From: an uncultured Rhodobacterales bacterium
Lineage (GTDB): Bacteria > Pseudomonadota > Alphaproteobacteria > Rhodobacterales > Rhodobacteraceae
Assembly (NCBI GenBank): GCA_964391555.1
Contig: CAYMMT010000006.1
Coordinates: 6,487 to 56,885 of the forward strand
Length of the DNA: 50,399 bases
Direction: 5' to 3'
Within the stretch, counting starts at the first letter, position 1. Each line of letters opens with the position of its first letter. This document shows positions 1 through 8,793 of this stretch, in pieces. The translations under genes and the position numbers were made by a program. The notes below the pieces were generated by a model, which was not told where the DNA came from, did no database searches, and saw only the letters and a program-made list of their open reading frames with translations.

Positions 1-7
1 CCCGTGA

Positions 8-1381
8 TCACTGTGGACGGTCATTCGTGAGAGGCAACGAAATCGTGACCGCCAATCCGGTATGAGAGGTGTCCAATTCGACCCGTCCGCCAAAGGCCGT
101 CGTTGCGGCCTCGACGATCGCCAGCCCAAGTCCGCTGCCGTCGCTTGGCACGACCTGACCGAAGCGGGAGAGCGCGGTATCGACCTGATCGGGCTCTATC
201 CCCTTACCATTGTCGCGGACGGTTATGGTGCACGCGCCGGCCGATACGGCGAGCGACAGCTCGACCTCATCCAGTGTATCGCCACCGTGGAACAGCGCAT
301 TGGTGATGAGGTTGCGGACCGATTGTTCGAGCAAGAGCGCATCGGCACGGACTTTGACCGAGGTCTCCGGGATCATCGCGGAGAATGCGACGCTGCGGTC
401 ATGCATGCTCGCGCGATAGTCCGGGATGTGACCCCGAAGCAGGGCCGCGACGTCGACGACGTCGAGAGTTTCCGGCGCCAGCGCGCTCGCGCGCTCCAGT
501 GTCAACAGGCCCTGGGCCAGGTGTGACAACTCTCTCGCGGCTTCCACGATGTCGGCGCCACGGGTGCGCATGGTCGGCTCATCGGGGGCCGTCTGAAGGG
601 TCTCGGCCAGCGACAACACCCCCGCGATCGGGTTGCGCAGCTGGTGTGCGGCGTTCGAAATGAACGTGTCCTTGGCATTCATTGTCGCGGACAACTCGTC
701 GAGCAATCCGTTCAATGTGCCGACAATTCCCGTCACCTCTGCCGGGATGGCCCGCCGGATGGGGGACAGGTCCTTGGCGGATCGGCGGGAGATCGCGTCT
801 TCGAGGTCATTGAGGGGACGCAGGCCAATCCGGACACCGAACCAGACCACCACCGCCAGCGCCGCCATGAGAGTGGCAATGACCACGGCAGTCGTCCGAA
901 GAAGCGATTGGACCCGGGCCGCGCGGACGGACGTGTCTTGCCAGACCGTGAAGGTGAACGCCCCCGAGAGGCCGTCGATCTCCATCGGCTCGAAGAAGCG
1001 GAGGGCCCGGACAGGCCGATCCTGGTAGACCGCATCGTAGTAGGATTGGGGCGCGCTTGGGTCGACGCTCGAGGGGGGCACTGGCGGGGTGGCATAGCCG
1101 GTGACAAAGACACCGTCTGGTGCGTAAACGTGATAGAACACCGGGCCGCCGGAGGTATCGCGCAGAAGGTCCCGGGTGTCCTCGCTGAGCGCGTCTCCGC
1201 CGGTAAACGCCGTATCCCGGGAAATCGCGAGGGCAGTTGACAGAAGGGACCGGTCAAACCGGTCGGCGGCGCTGTCGATCGCGTTCTGCCACGCCCAGTA
1301 TCCCACCGCGCCGGCGATCAACAGAAGCGGCCCGAGGATGATGGCGGTCAATCGCGCCCGCAGCGAAATGGCCGGGGTCAT
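8..1381 (-). CDS. Two-component sensor histidine kinase (TctE-like)
   Basis: 457-aa ORF. N-terminal TM helix, a second TM near aa 165-185, H-box SNAAHQLRNPIAG, and ATP-lid motifs DNGKGI and GSGLGLAIV. The 4-nt overlap with the upstream response regulator gene suggests one operon. Confidence 0.85.
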   Translation of the reverse strand: MTPAISLRARLTAIILGPLLLIAGAVGYWAWQNAIDSAADRFDRSLLSTALAISRDTAFTGGDALSEDTRDLLRDTSGGPVFYHVYAPDGVFVTGYATPPVPPSSVDPSAPQSYYDAVYQDRPVRALRFFEPMEIDGLSGAFTFTVWQDTSVRAARVQSLLRTTAVVIATLMAALAVVVWFGVRIGLRPLNDLEDAISRRSAKDLSPIRRAIPAEVTGIVGTLNGLLDELSATMNAKDTFISNAAHQLRNPIAGVLSLAETLQTAPDEPTMRTRGADIVEAARELSHLAQGLLTLERASALAPETLDVVDVAALLRGHIPDYRASMHDRSVAFSAMIPETSVKVRADALLLEQSVRNLITNALFHGGDTLDEVELSLAVSAGACTITVRDNGKGIEPDQVDTALSRFGQVVPSDGSGLGLAIVEAATTAFGGRVELDTSHTGLAVTISLPLTNDRPQ

Positions 1382-2046
1382 GGTCTGTCCTGCATGAGGT
1401 AGCCCAAACCGCGGCGGACCCTGATTTCAATCCCATGGGGCTTCAATCGTTTGCGCAGTCGCGAGACATAGACCTCCACGACCGGTTCGTCGACGTCGGC
1501 GCCGGTGCCGTAGAGGCTGTCGAGCAGGGATTGCTTCGAAACTGTCCGGCCCTCCGCCAGGAGCAGCGCCTCGAACAGGGCCACTTCCCGACGTGGCAGG
1601 TCGACAGGCCCGTCAAGACTCTCGACCGTGCGGCTTGCCGGGTCGAACCGAAGCGAGCCGATCGTGCGAATTGGCGCCGGGCCGGCTTGGACCCGGCGGG
1701 ACAGCGCGCGAATACGGGCAGCGAATTCCTCCATGTCGAAGGGTTTGACGAGGTAGTCGTCCGCGCCCGCGTCCAACCCGGCGATCTTGTCCGTGGTTTC
1801 GGCGCGGGCCGTCAGCATCAGGACCGGGCGATGGTCCCCGCGGTCCCGCATCCGCTGCAATACGGTCAGCCCGTCCATGCCCGGCAGGTTGATGTCGAGC
1901 ACGACCATGTCCGCGCCGTCCTCGCGCAGATAGGTGTCCGCCGTATCCCCGTCCTCGATCAGGTCCACGGCATGGCCCGCGTCCTCAAGACTGTAGGCGA
2001 TCCCTTTTGCCAGCGAGAGATGATCTTCCACGACGACGATGCGCAT
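1378..2046 (-). CDS. OmpR/PhoB-family response regulator (TctD-like)
   Basis: 222 aa. Receiver motifs MRIVVVEDH, VVLDINLPGMDG and KPF, plus a C-terminal winged-helix trans_reg_C-like tail (VEVYVSRLRKRL...RGLGYLM). Divergent from a tricarboxylate-transporter operon. Confidence 0.9.
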   Translation of the reverse strand: MRIVVVEDHLSLAKGIAYSLEDAGHAVDLIEDGDTADTYLREDGADMVVLDINLPGMDGLTVLQRMRDRGDHRPVLMLTARAETTDKIAGLDAGADDYLVKPFDMEEFAARIRALSRRVQAGPAPIRTIGSLRFDPASRTVESLDGPVDLPRREVALFEALLLAEGRTVSKQSLLDSLYGTGADVDEPVVEVYVSRLRKRLKPHGIEIRVRRGLGYLMQDRP

Positions 2047-2066
2047 GACCCACTTTTTTCACCCCT

Positions 2067-2086
2067 TGCAAGGTTCATGCAAGTTT
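2067..2086. promoter_or_regulatory. Direct repeat TGCAAG(G/T)TT x2 at 11-bp spacing; candidate OmpR-type response-regulator box
   Basis: TGCAAGGTT at 2067-2075 and TGCAAGTTT at 2078-2086, in the divergent intergenic region between the regulator and the binding-protein gene. One helical-turn direct repeats are typical of OmpR/PhoB-family sites. Confidence 0.4.
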
Positions 2087-2178
2087 GGGCGCGCATAACA
2101 GGACGGTCAGGACGGCTTGGAGGGCCGTTTTCGATAGAATCCGCCCGCAGTCGGGCGGCAGATCCTTGGGAGGACTAC

Positions 2179-3291
2179 ATGACTATGACTATCGCAAAGC
2201 GCCCACTGGCGCTCGCTGCTGCCTTGTGCGCTGGCGTGTCGGCCATGGCCACCACCGCCGCGGCGGACCAGAATGGGTTCAGCCTCGAAGGCGAAACCGT
2301 GGAATGGATCATTCCGTTTTCGGAGACCGGCGGGTCGGCCAAGTGGGCCAATTTCTACGCCCCGCTCCTGAGCGAGGCGCTGCCCGGCCAGCCTACGGTT
2401 GTGGTCACGTTCATGCCGGGTGCCGGCTCCACCAAGGGTGCCAACCATTTCCAGGGTCTGGAGTACGAAGATGGCACGACCATTTTTGGTTCGTCCGGCT
2501 CGACCCAGTTTCCGTATCTGCTGACTGACCCGCGGGTGCGGTACGAATATGGGGACTGGAACGTGGTTCTGGCCTCCGGCACCGGCGGCGTCGCTTACCT
2601 GCCGCCGGATCTGGCTGGCCAGTTGGGTGACGGCGGAAGCGCGACGCCGCTCGCGGGTGAGAACTTCATCTACGGCTCTCAGGGCGCGACGCGTCTGGAC
2701 CTCGTGCCGCTTCTGGCGTGGGAAATGCTCGGCCTGCAGGTCGAGCCTGTCTTCGGCATCGAAGGCCGCGGCGACGGTCGGCTGATGTTCGAGCGCGGTG
2801 AAGCCAATATCGACTACCAGACCTCGTCGTCGTTCCTGTCGGGCGTCGCCCCGCTGGTCGAGGCCGGAACCGCCGTGCCGTGGTTCTCGTTCGGGGCGCT
2901 TGACGACGACGGAAACATCGTGCGCGACCCGACCTTCCCGGACATGCCGACCTTCAAGGAGGTCTGCGAAGCGACCGAGGGCTGCGAAACCTCCGGAGAG
3001 CAGTGGGACGCCTGGAAAGCCTTCTTCATCGCCGGCTTCCCGGCCCAGAAGATGGTGTTCCTGCCGGCCGGTGCGCCCGATGACGCCATCGCCGCCTACA
3101 CCGAGGCCTTCGAGGCCGTGAAGGCCCGCGCGGACTTCGCGGAAATCAGCGCCGGGCGCCTGGGCGTCTACCCGCAGATGACCGGGGCCGCGGCCGCGAC
3201 GGCACTCGATAGCGCGACCAACGTGCCGGACGCCGCCCGTGACTTTGTCATCGGCTGGCTGATGGACCGCTATGGCGTGTCGCTCCAGTAA
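2179..3291 (+). CDS. Periplasmic substrate-binding protein, distant TctC/Bug-like (tripartite tricarboxylate transporter)
   Basis: The internal ATG at 2179 is preceded by GGGAGGA. Signal peptide MTMTIAKRPLALAAALCAGVSAMATTAAA. PGAGSTKGAN...EDGTTIF resembles the TctC PGAGG...pDGyT motif. It lies directly upstream of tctA. The longer 1435 start is antisense to the regulator gene and was rejected. Confidence 0.65.
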   Translation: MTMTIAKRPLALAAALCAGVSAMATTAAADQNGFSLEGETVEWIIPFSETGGSAKWANFYAPLLSEALPGQPTVVVTFMPGAGSTKGANHFQGLEYEDGTTIFGSSGSTQFPYLLTDPRVRYEYGDWNVVLASGTGGVAYLPPDLAGQLGDGGSATPLAGENFIYGSQGATRLDLVPLLAWEMLGLQVEPVFGIEGRGDGRLMFERGEANIDYQTSSSFLSGVAPLVEAGTAVPWFSFGALDDDGNIVRDPTFPDMPTFKEVCEATEGCETSGEQWDAWKAFFIAGFPAQKMVFLPAGAPDDAIAAYTEAFEAVKARADFAEISAGRLGVYPQMTGAAAATALDSATNVPDAARDFVIGWLMDRYGVSLQ

Positions 3292-3301
3292 GGCTAATTC
3301 C

Positions 3302-3340
3302 GGCGGCGCCCGTCTGCCGGGCGCCGTCAGTTTCAATTTC
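3302..3340 (+). terminator. GC-rich hairpin with a weak T-tract between the binding-protein and permease genes (attenuator/terminator-like)
   Basis: GGCGCCCG (3305-3312) pairs with CGGGCGCC (3318-3325) around a 5-nt loop, extendable to about 11 bp, followed by GTCAGTTTCAATTTC. Confidence 0.4.
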
Positions 3341-3358
3341 AGACATCGGGGGTGAGCC

Positions 3359-5386
3359 ATGGAGATGCTCGCAACAGCGCTGCCCGCCTTGGGCGATGCC
3401 TTCGGCATGATCCTTCAGCCCCATGTCATCGGCTACCTTGTCCTCGGCGTGGTTATGGGCCTCTGCATCGGGGTTTTCCCGGGTCTTGGAGGCATCGCGG
3501 GCCTCTCGCTCCTCTTGCCATTCATGTTCGGGATGGAGCCCCTGACGGGTCTCGCGCTTATGGTCGGCATGGTCGCCGTGGTGCCGACCTCCGACACATT
3601 CGCCAGCGTGCTCATGGGCATTCCCGGCTCCTCGGCCTCGCAGGCCACGGTGCTTGACGGCTTTCCGATGGCCAAGAAGGGCCTCGCGGCGCGGGCACTG
3701 TCGGCGGCCTTTGCCTCGTCTCTTTTCGGTGGTCTCGTGGGCGCGGCGTTCCTCACGGTATTCATTCTCGCCGCGCGCCCGATCGTGCTGCTATTCCAGA
3801 CGCCGGAACTGTTGATGATCACGATCTTTGGCCTGTCCATGGTCGGCATCCTTGCCGGTCGCGTGGCGATCAAGGGCATCGTGGCGGCCGGTCTGGGGTT
3901 GCTGGTGGGCACCATAGGCGAAGGTGCCAGCTCCGGCGCCCTGCGCATGTCCACGTTCGACACGCCCTACCTCATGGACGGGCTCAAGCTCGTCATCGTC
4001 GGTCTGGGCATCTTCGCACTACCGGAAATCGTGGCCCTTCTCCGGCAGGACCGCGCCATTTCAGACCGCGCCGCCCTGGGTGGCGGCTGGCTGGAGGGGG
4101 TGCGCGACTGGTGGGCGAACAAGTGGCTGTCGGTGCGCTGCTCACTGATCGGCGTGACCGTCGGCGTGATCCCCGGCCTTGGCGGCTCCGTCGTCGACTG
4201 GATCGCCTACGGCCACACGGTACAAAGCTCCAAGGACAAATCGCAGTTCGGCTCCGGCGATATCCGTGGCGTGATCGGGCCGGAGAGTTCCAACAATGCC
4301 AAGGAAGGCGGGGGGCTCGTGCCGACGCTTCTCTTTGGCATTCCGGGCTCCGGCTCCATGGCGATCTTCATCTCCGCCGTGGCGCTTCTGGGAACCGGAT
4401 CTATCGAGGTCGGCCCCTCGATGCTGAAGAACAACCTCGATTTCACTTACGCAATTGTCTGGCTGCTGGCCCTCGCCAATGTTGTCGGCACGATCATTTG
4501 CATCGCCGCGGCAGGGGGCATCGCAAAGCTGACCGAGATCCGGTTTGCCCTGCTGGCGCCGTTTCTGTTCATGATCATTGCCTTTGCAGCGTTCCAGTCA
4601 CGTCAGGAAATCTGGGATCTCGTGGCGCTGTTCGCGATTGGCCTGCTGGGCATCCTGATGCGCCGGTTCGATTGGTCACGCCCGGCTTTCCTGATCGGCT
4701 TCGTGCTCGCCGGCCCGGCCGAGCGCTACACCAACCAGGCCTTCCAGATCGCGTCCTCCCGCTTCCGCCGGAGCATGGAGGAAGGGCTTGACTATGTCTT
4801 CAGCCCCATCGTGATCGTGCTGATCATCATCACCCTGCTCTCCGTCGTCGTCGGCCTCCGGCAATCGAAGAATATCCGTGCCGAAGGCGAGGTGACCGCC
4901 GGAACCAAACGCGCGCCGTTCATCTTCCTGCTCGCCGTTACGGCCTATGTGATCGCGGCCTATGTCAATGCGTCACTGATCCCGGATTTCGCGCGGATGG
5001 ATCGGGTGTTCCCGGTCTTCGTGGCTACGGTGACGCTGGCAGGGTGTGCGATCCTGATCGTGCAGATGATGCTGAAGCCCGAGACCCACGACCTCTTTGC
5101 CGACCGCGAGGTGCAGGACAGAGAGGTCAACACCCACGGCCTCTGGGCCACGTTGGGATGGTTCGCGGGACTTCTGATCCTGACCTCGCTGGTGGGGTTC
5201 ATCCTTGCGCTGGCCGTGTTTCTGCTCCTGTTCATGCGGATGCGGGCCGGACAAAGCTGGGGCTTCTCGGCGCTCTACATGGCGGCAGGCATCGTCTTTA
5301 TCTCAGCCATGGCCTGGACGTTGAACCGCGACTTCCCGCCGGGGCTTCTGCAGTCCTACGTTGACCTGCCCTGGCCCCTGACATGA
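3359..5386 (+). CDS. tctA: Tripartite tricarboxylate transporter permease TctA with a C-terminal TctB-like 4-TM extension
   Basis: 675 aa and polytopic. TctA-type motifs GVFPGLGG, GIPGSSASQATVLDGFPMAKKG and GVIPGLGGSV. The last ~170 aa add four predicted TM helices where a separate TctB would normally be encoded. Confidence 0.85.
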   Translation: MEMLATALPALGDAFGMILQPHVIGYLVLGVVMGLCIGVFPGLGGIAGLSLLLPFMFGMEPLTGLALMVGMVAVVPTSDTFASVLMGIPGSSASQATVLDGFPMAKKGLAARALSAAFASSLFGGLVGAAFLTVFILAARPIVLLFQTPELLMITIFGLSMVGILAGRVAIKGIVAAGLGLLVGTIGEGASSGALRMSTFDTPYLMDGLKLVIVGLGIFALPEIVALLRQDRAISDRAALGGGWLEGVRDWWANKWLSVRCSLIGVTVGVIPGLGGSVVDWIAYGHTVQSSKDKSQFGSGDIRGVIGPESSNNAKEGGGLVPTLLFGIPGSGSMAIFISAVALLGTGSIEVGPSMLKNNLDFTYAIVWLLALANVVGTIICIAAAGGIAKLTEIRFALLAPFLFMIIAFAAFQSRQEIWDLVALFAIGLLGILMRRFDWSRPAFLIGFVLAGPAERYTNQAFQIASSRFRRSMEEGLDYVFSPIVIVLIIITLLSVVVGLRQSKNIRAEGEVTAGTKRAPFIFLLAVTAYVIAAYVNASLIPDFARMDRVFPVFVATVTLAGCAILIVQMMLKPETHDLFADREVQDREVNTHGLWATLGWFAGLLILTSLVGFILALAVFLLLFMRMRAGQSWGFSALYMAAGIVFISAMAWTLNRDFPPGLLQSYVDLPWPLT

Positions 5387-6450
5387 GCGCGCCCCTGCGC
5401 CTGTTGCGGCTGGACGGGGACGGCATCGGGCCAGAGATCATGGCGGCGGCCATGGCCGCGCTGGATGGGGTCCGCCCGCGGCTGACCCGCGCGGTTCAGG
5501 TGGAGCCGATGAAGATCGGCTTTGCCGCGTTGCAGGCGACCGGCTCCACCATACCGGACGCGGTAATTGATGCGGCACGGGCGGCGGACGGTGTGCTGCT
5601 TGGTCCGGTCTCTCACAATGCCTATCCGCCACGAGAGGAGGGCGGGCTGAACCCGTCCGGCGTGCTTCGCGGTGCGCTGGAGCTTTTTGCAAATATCCGC
5701 CCGGCGCGGGCCTGGGACGGGGTGCCGGCACCCTCGCAAACCCCGATCGATCTCGTCGTCGTGCGCGAAAATCTCGAAGGGTTTTATGCCGACCGCAACA
5801 TGGTCTCCGGCCCGGGAGAGGTCATGCCGGTTCCGGGCGTTGCGCTTGCCACCCGAAAGATCACGGAAGCCGCCTCGCGCCGCATTGCCGAGGCAGCGTT
5901 TGCCCTCGCGTCCACCCGACCCGCCCGCAAAGTCACAGCCGTGCACAAGGCCAATGTGATGCGGTTGTCGGACGGGCTGTTTCTGGACGTGGTTCGGGAA
6001 GTTGCCGGCGGGTTTCCGGATGTGGCCTATGACGAGATGCTGGTCGACGCCGCCGCGGCGATGTTGGTGCGGGACGCGGCGCGGTTCGATGTGATCGTGA
6101 CCACCAACATGTTCGGCGACATCCTCTCCGATCTCGCCTCGGAACTGGCGGGCGGTCTGGGGCTGGCGGGGTCCCTCAACCGGGGCCCGGCCCATGTCGC
6201 GGCGCAGGCGCAACACGGCTCCGCTCCCGACATCGCCGGTCGGGACAGTGCCAATCCGGTGTCGATGATCCTGTCGCTCGCCATGCTGCTGGATCATTTC
6301 CGCGAAACCGACGCCGCCTCCGCGATCCGTGACGCCGTGGCGCGCTGCCTTGCCTCGGCGGGGACCCGCACCGTCGATCTGGGAGGCAGGGCATCAACAT
6401 CGGCCTTTTGCGAGGCCATGGCCGAACGTTTGCAAGAGGACATCGCATGA
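5383..6450 (+). CDS. Isocitrate/isopropylmalate/tartrate dehydrogenase-family oxidative decarboxylase
   Basis: 355 aa. Family signature NMFGDILSDLASELAGGLGLAGSLN, with VHKANV upstream. ATGA start/stop overlap with tctA. Confidence 0.85.
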   Translation: MSAPLRLLRLDGDGIGPEIMAAAMAALDGVRPRLTRAVQVEPMKIGFAALQATGSTIPDAVIDAARAADGVLLGPVSHNAYPPREEGGLNPSGVLRGALELFANIRPARAWDGVPAPSQTPIDLVVVRENLEGFYADRNMVSGPGEVMPVPGVALATRKITEAASRRIAEAAFALASTRPARKVTAVHKANVMRLSDGLFLDVVREVAGGFPDVAYDEMLVDAAAAMLVRDAARFDVIVTTNMFGDILSDLASELAGGLGLAGSLNRGPAHVAAQAQHGSAPDIAGRDSANPVSMILSLAMLLDHFRETDAASAIRDAVARCLASAGTRTVDLGGRASTSAFCEAMAERLQEDIA

Positions 6451-7535
6451 GCCAGACCCCGATTCCCTTTTGGTTCCTGCGCGGCGGCACGTCCCGTGGC
6501 CCGTATTTCCGGCGCTCCGATCTGCCCGAGGATCTCGACACCCTGAGTGAGGTTCTGGTTGCCGCGGTCGGCTCCGGCCATCCGCTCAACATCGATGGAA
6601 TTGGCGGTGGCAATGCCGTCACGACCAAGGTGGCCATGTTGTCGCGGTCCGAGGATGACTGGGCCGATATCGACTATTTCTTCGCGCAGGTCAGCGTTGA
6701 GGGCCGAACCGTCGATTTCAAACCGACCTGCGGAAACATCCTCTCCGGTGTCGGTCCCGCCGCGATCGAAATGGGGATGATCGAGCCAACGGGCGGCGAA
6801 ACCGAGGTCAGGATCCGCGCGGTGAACACCGGTGCCCGGATCGCGGCGACGGTTCAGACCGGGCCGCAGGGTGTGGTCTATGAGGGGGCAGCGCGGGTGG
6901 ATGGCGTACCGGGCACTGCGGCGCCCATTGCCCTGCAGTTCATGGACACGGTGGGCAGCGCGACGGGCAAGCTTCTCCCGACGGGCAACTTGCGCGACAC
7001 CTTTGGCGGCATCGAGGTGAGTTGCATGGACGTCGCCATGCCCATGGTCATCGCCCGCGCGGATGCGTTTGGTTTGTCGGGATACGAGACGGTCGAGGAC
7101 CTCAACGACAACGCCGGTTTCTTTGCCCGGATGGAGGCGGTTCGTATCGAAGCCGGAGCGGCCATGGGGATGGGGGACGTCTCGGCGTCGGTGACACCGA
7201 AATTCGGCCTGCTGGCCCCTGCGCGAGACGGCGGCAACGTTGCGACGCGGTATTTCATGCCATGGAAGACCCATCCGACCCTCGCCGTGACCGGGGCGCA
7301 ATGTCTGGCCAGCGCGATCCTGACACCCGGCACGGTGGCGGAAGGGATCGCGACACGCCCCGTGCGGTCCCCGGCCACCATGGTGCTGGAGCACCCGACA
7401 GGGGCGATCGACGTGCTGGTCGATTATAACGACACGCCTAGCGGACCTGTTCTGACCTCCGCTGGCTTGGTGCGTACCGCGCGCCTGCTGGCCAAGGGTG
7501 AGGTCATGGTGCCGGGGTCGATCTGGAGGCCTTGA
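6447..7535 (+). CDS. PrpF-family isomerase (4-oxalomesaconate tautomerase / methylaconitate-aconitate isomerase family)
   Basis: Start MSQTPIPFWFLRGGTSRGPYF is the canonical PrpF/GalD N-terminus. ATGA overlap with the upstream dehydrogenase. Confidence 0.85.
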   Translation: MSQTPIPFWFLRGGTSRGPYFRRSDLPEDLDTLSEVLVAAVGSGHPLNIDGIGGGNAVTTKVAMLSRSEDDWADIDYFFAQVSVEGRTVDFKPTCGNILSGVGPAAIEMGMIEPTGGETEVRIRAVNTGARIAATVQTGPQGVVYEGAARVDGVPGTAAPIALQFMDTVGSATGKLLPTGNLRDTFGGIEVSCMDVAMPMVIARADAFGLSGYETVEDLNDNAGFFARMEAVRIEAGAAMGMGDVSASVTPKFGLLAPARDGGNVATRYFMPWKTHPTLAVTGAQCLASAILTPGTVAEGIATRPVRSPATMVLEHPTGAIDVLVDYNDTPSGPVLTSAGLVRTARLLAKGEVMVPGSIWRP

Positions 7536-7553
7536 TAAGGGCAAGGCCGTTAA

Positions 7554-7572
7554 GGTATACAACGGTATACAA
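7554..7572. promoter_or_regulatory. Tandem 10-bp repeat GGTATACAA-C-GGTATACAA (each with a GTATAC palindrome); candidate GntR-type operator
   Basis: AT-rich tandem repeat in the 53-bp gap upstream of the 7589 ORF. The GT-N-AC palindrome core is typical of GntR-family operators. No cognate regulator is seen nearby. Confidence 0.3.
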
Positions 7573-7588
7573 TATAGAGACCTGAGTC

Positions 7589-7828
7589 ATGACCGAAACC
7601 TACGACACCTGCCTGATCCTCGCCCGCGCCGAATTGCTGCGCGCGAGGGCGCTTCTGGCCGATGAGATCACGCAGTATCCAACGCCGATTTCGGGCTGTG
7701 ATGCGCAGTTCAATCACCTGATCGCAGAACGCAGCCGGATTGGCGACGCGCTGACCGCGCTAAACGCCGCTGTCTTTGTTCCGACGCCGCGAAGCCCGTC
7801 TCCGGACACCGGGGTCGAAAGCCGATGA
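7589..7828 (+). CDS. Hypothetical small protein (79 aa)
   Basis: ORF with GC3-rich codons and predicted helical content. ATGA overlap with the downstream dehydrogenase. No recognisable motif. Confidence 0.45.
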   Translation: MTETYDTCLILARAELLRARALLADEITQYPTPISGCDAQFNHLIAERSRIGDALTALNAAVFVPTPRSPSPDTGVESR

Positions 7829-8793
7829 AGGTCCATATTCTCGACGACTGGTTCGATACGCTGCGCGGTTTGCCGTGTTTCGCGAAACTCGACGGTCAGG
7901 ATGTAACCGTATGGACCGATCACGAACCCGATGCGGCGCGACTCGCCGATCGGGTTCAGGATGCCGATGCCCTCGTGCTGTTCCGCGAACGCACGACGAT
8001 TTCCCGCGATCTGCTCGACCGCTTGCCGAACCTGCAACTGATCTCCCAGCGAAGCGTCTATCCCCATATCGACGTCACCGCCTGCACGGACAACGGGGTG
8101 ATGCTGTGCTCCAACATGCATTCGGATACGCCGTCATACGCCGCGGCGGAGCTCACCCTGTCACTGATCCTGGCGACCTACCGTCAAATCCCTCAACAGC
8201 AGGCGTCTCTGCGCGCCGGCAACTGGCAAATGGGCGTTGGTCGGACGCTGCGGGGACGGACGCTCGGGCTCTATGGCTACGGGCGGATAGCCCGGGCCGT
8301 GGCAAGCTACGCAGCGGCTCTGGGAGTGACGGTGCAGTGGTGGGGGTCCGGGGCGGGCCGGGCGCGTGCGGCGGCTGATGGCCAGCGCGTGGCCGGCAGC
8401 CGGGAGGCGTTCTTTGCCACCTCGGACGTGGTCAGCCTGCATGTGCGACTGAAACCCGAGACACGGGGGATCGTCACGGCCGAAGACCTCGCGGCGATGG
8501 GGCCGCGCAGCCTGCTCGTGAACACCTCGCGCGCCGGCCTGATTGCGCCGGGGGCGCTGGAGGCCGAGATCGCCCGCGGCCGGATCAGTGCCGCGGTTGA
8601 TGTCTTCGACGAGGAACCACTGCGGGACACCGCCCATCCCTTGCTCACCCACCCAAACGTGCTTGCCACGCCGCATATCGGCTACGTGACCGAGGATGAG
8701 TTCGACCTGCAATTCTCGGACATCTTCGACCAGGTCGTGGCCTATGCCGAAGGCCGCCCGATCCATGTCATCAACCCCGAGGTCACCAGGTAA
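7825..8793 (+). CDS. D-isomer-specific 2-hydroxyacid dehydrogenase (NAD-binding)
   Basis: 322 aa. Rossmann motif GLYGYGRIARAV, RLKPETRG, and the catalytic-region PHIGYVT motif typical of the family. Confidence 0.85.
   Translation: MKVHILDDWFDTLRGLPCFAKLDGQDVTVWTDHEPDAARLADRVQDADALVLFRERTTISRDLLDRLPNLQLISQRSVYPHIDVTACTDNGVMLCSNMHSDTPSYAAAELTLSLILATYRQIPQQQASLRAGNWQMGVGRTLRGRTLGLYGYGRIARAVASYAAALGVTVQWWGSGAGRARAAADGQRVAGSREAFFATSDVVSLHVRLKPETRGIVTAEDLAAMGPRSLLVNTSRAGLIAPGALEAEIARGRISAAVDVFDEEPLRDTAHPLLTHPNVLATPHIGYVTEDEFDLQFSDIFDQVVAYAEGRPIHVINPEVTR

Noticed and set aside
1435-2178. N-terminal 248 codons of ORF 1435-3291.
   Set aside because: This stretch is antisense to the response-regulator gene and has no protein-like sequence. 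A signal peptide and RBS appear at ATG 2179.
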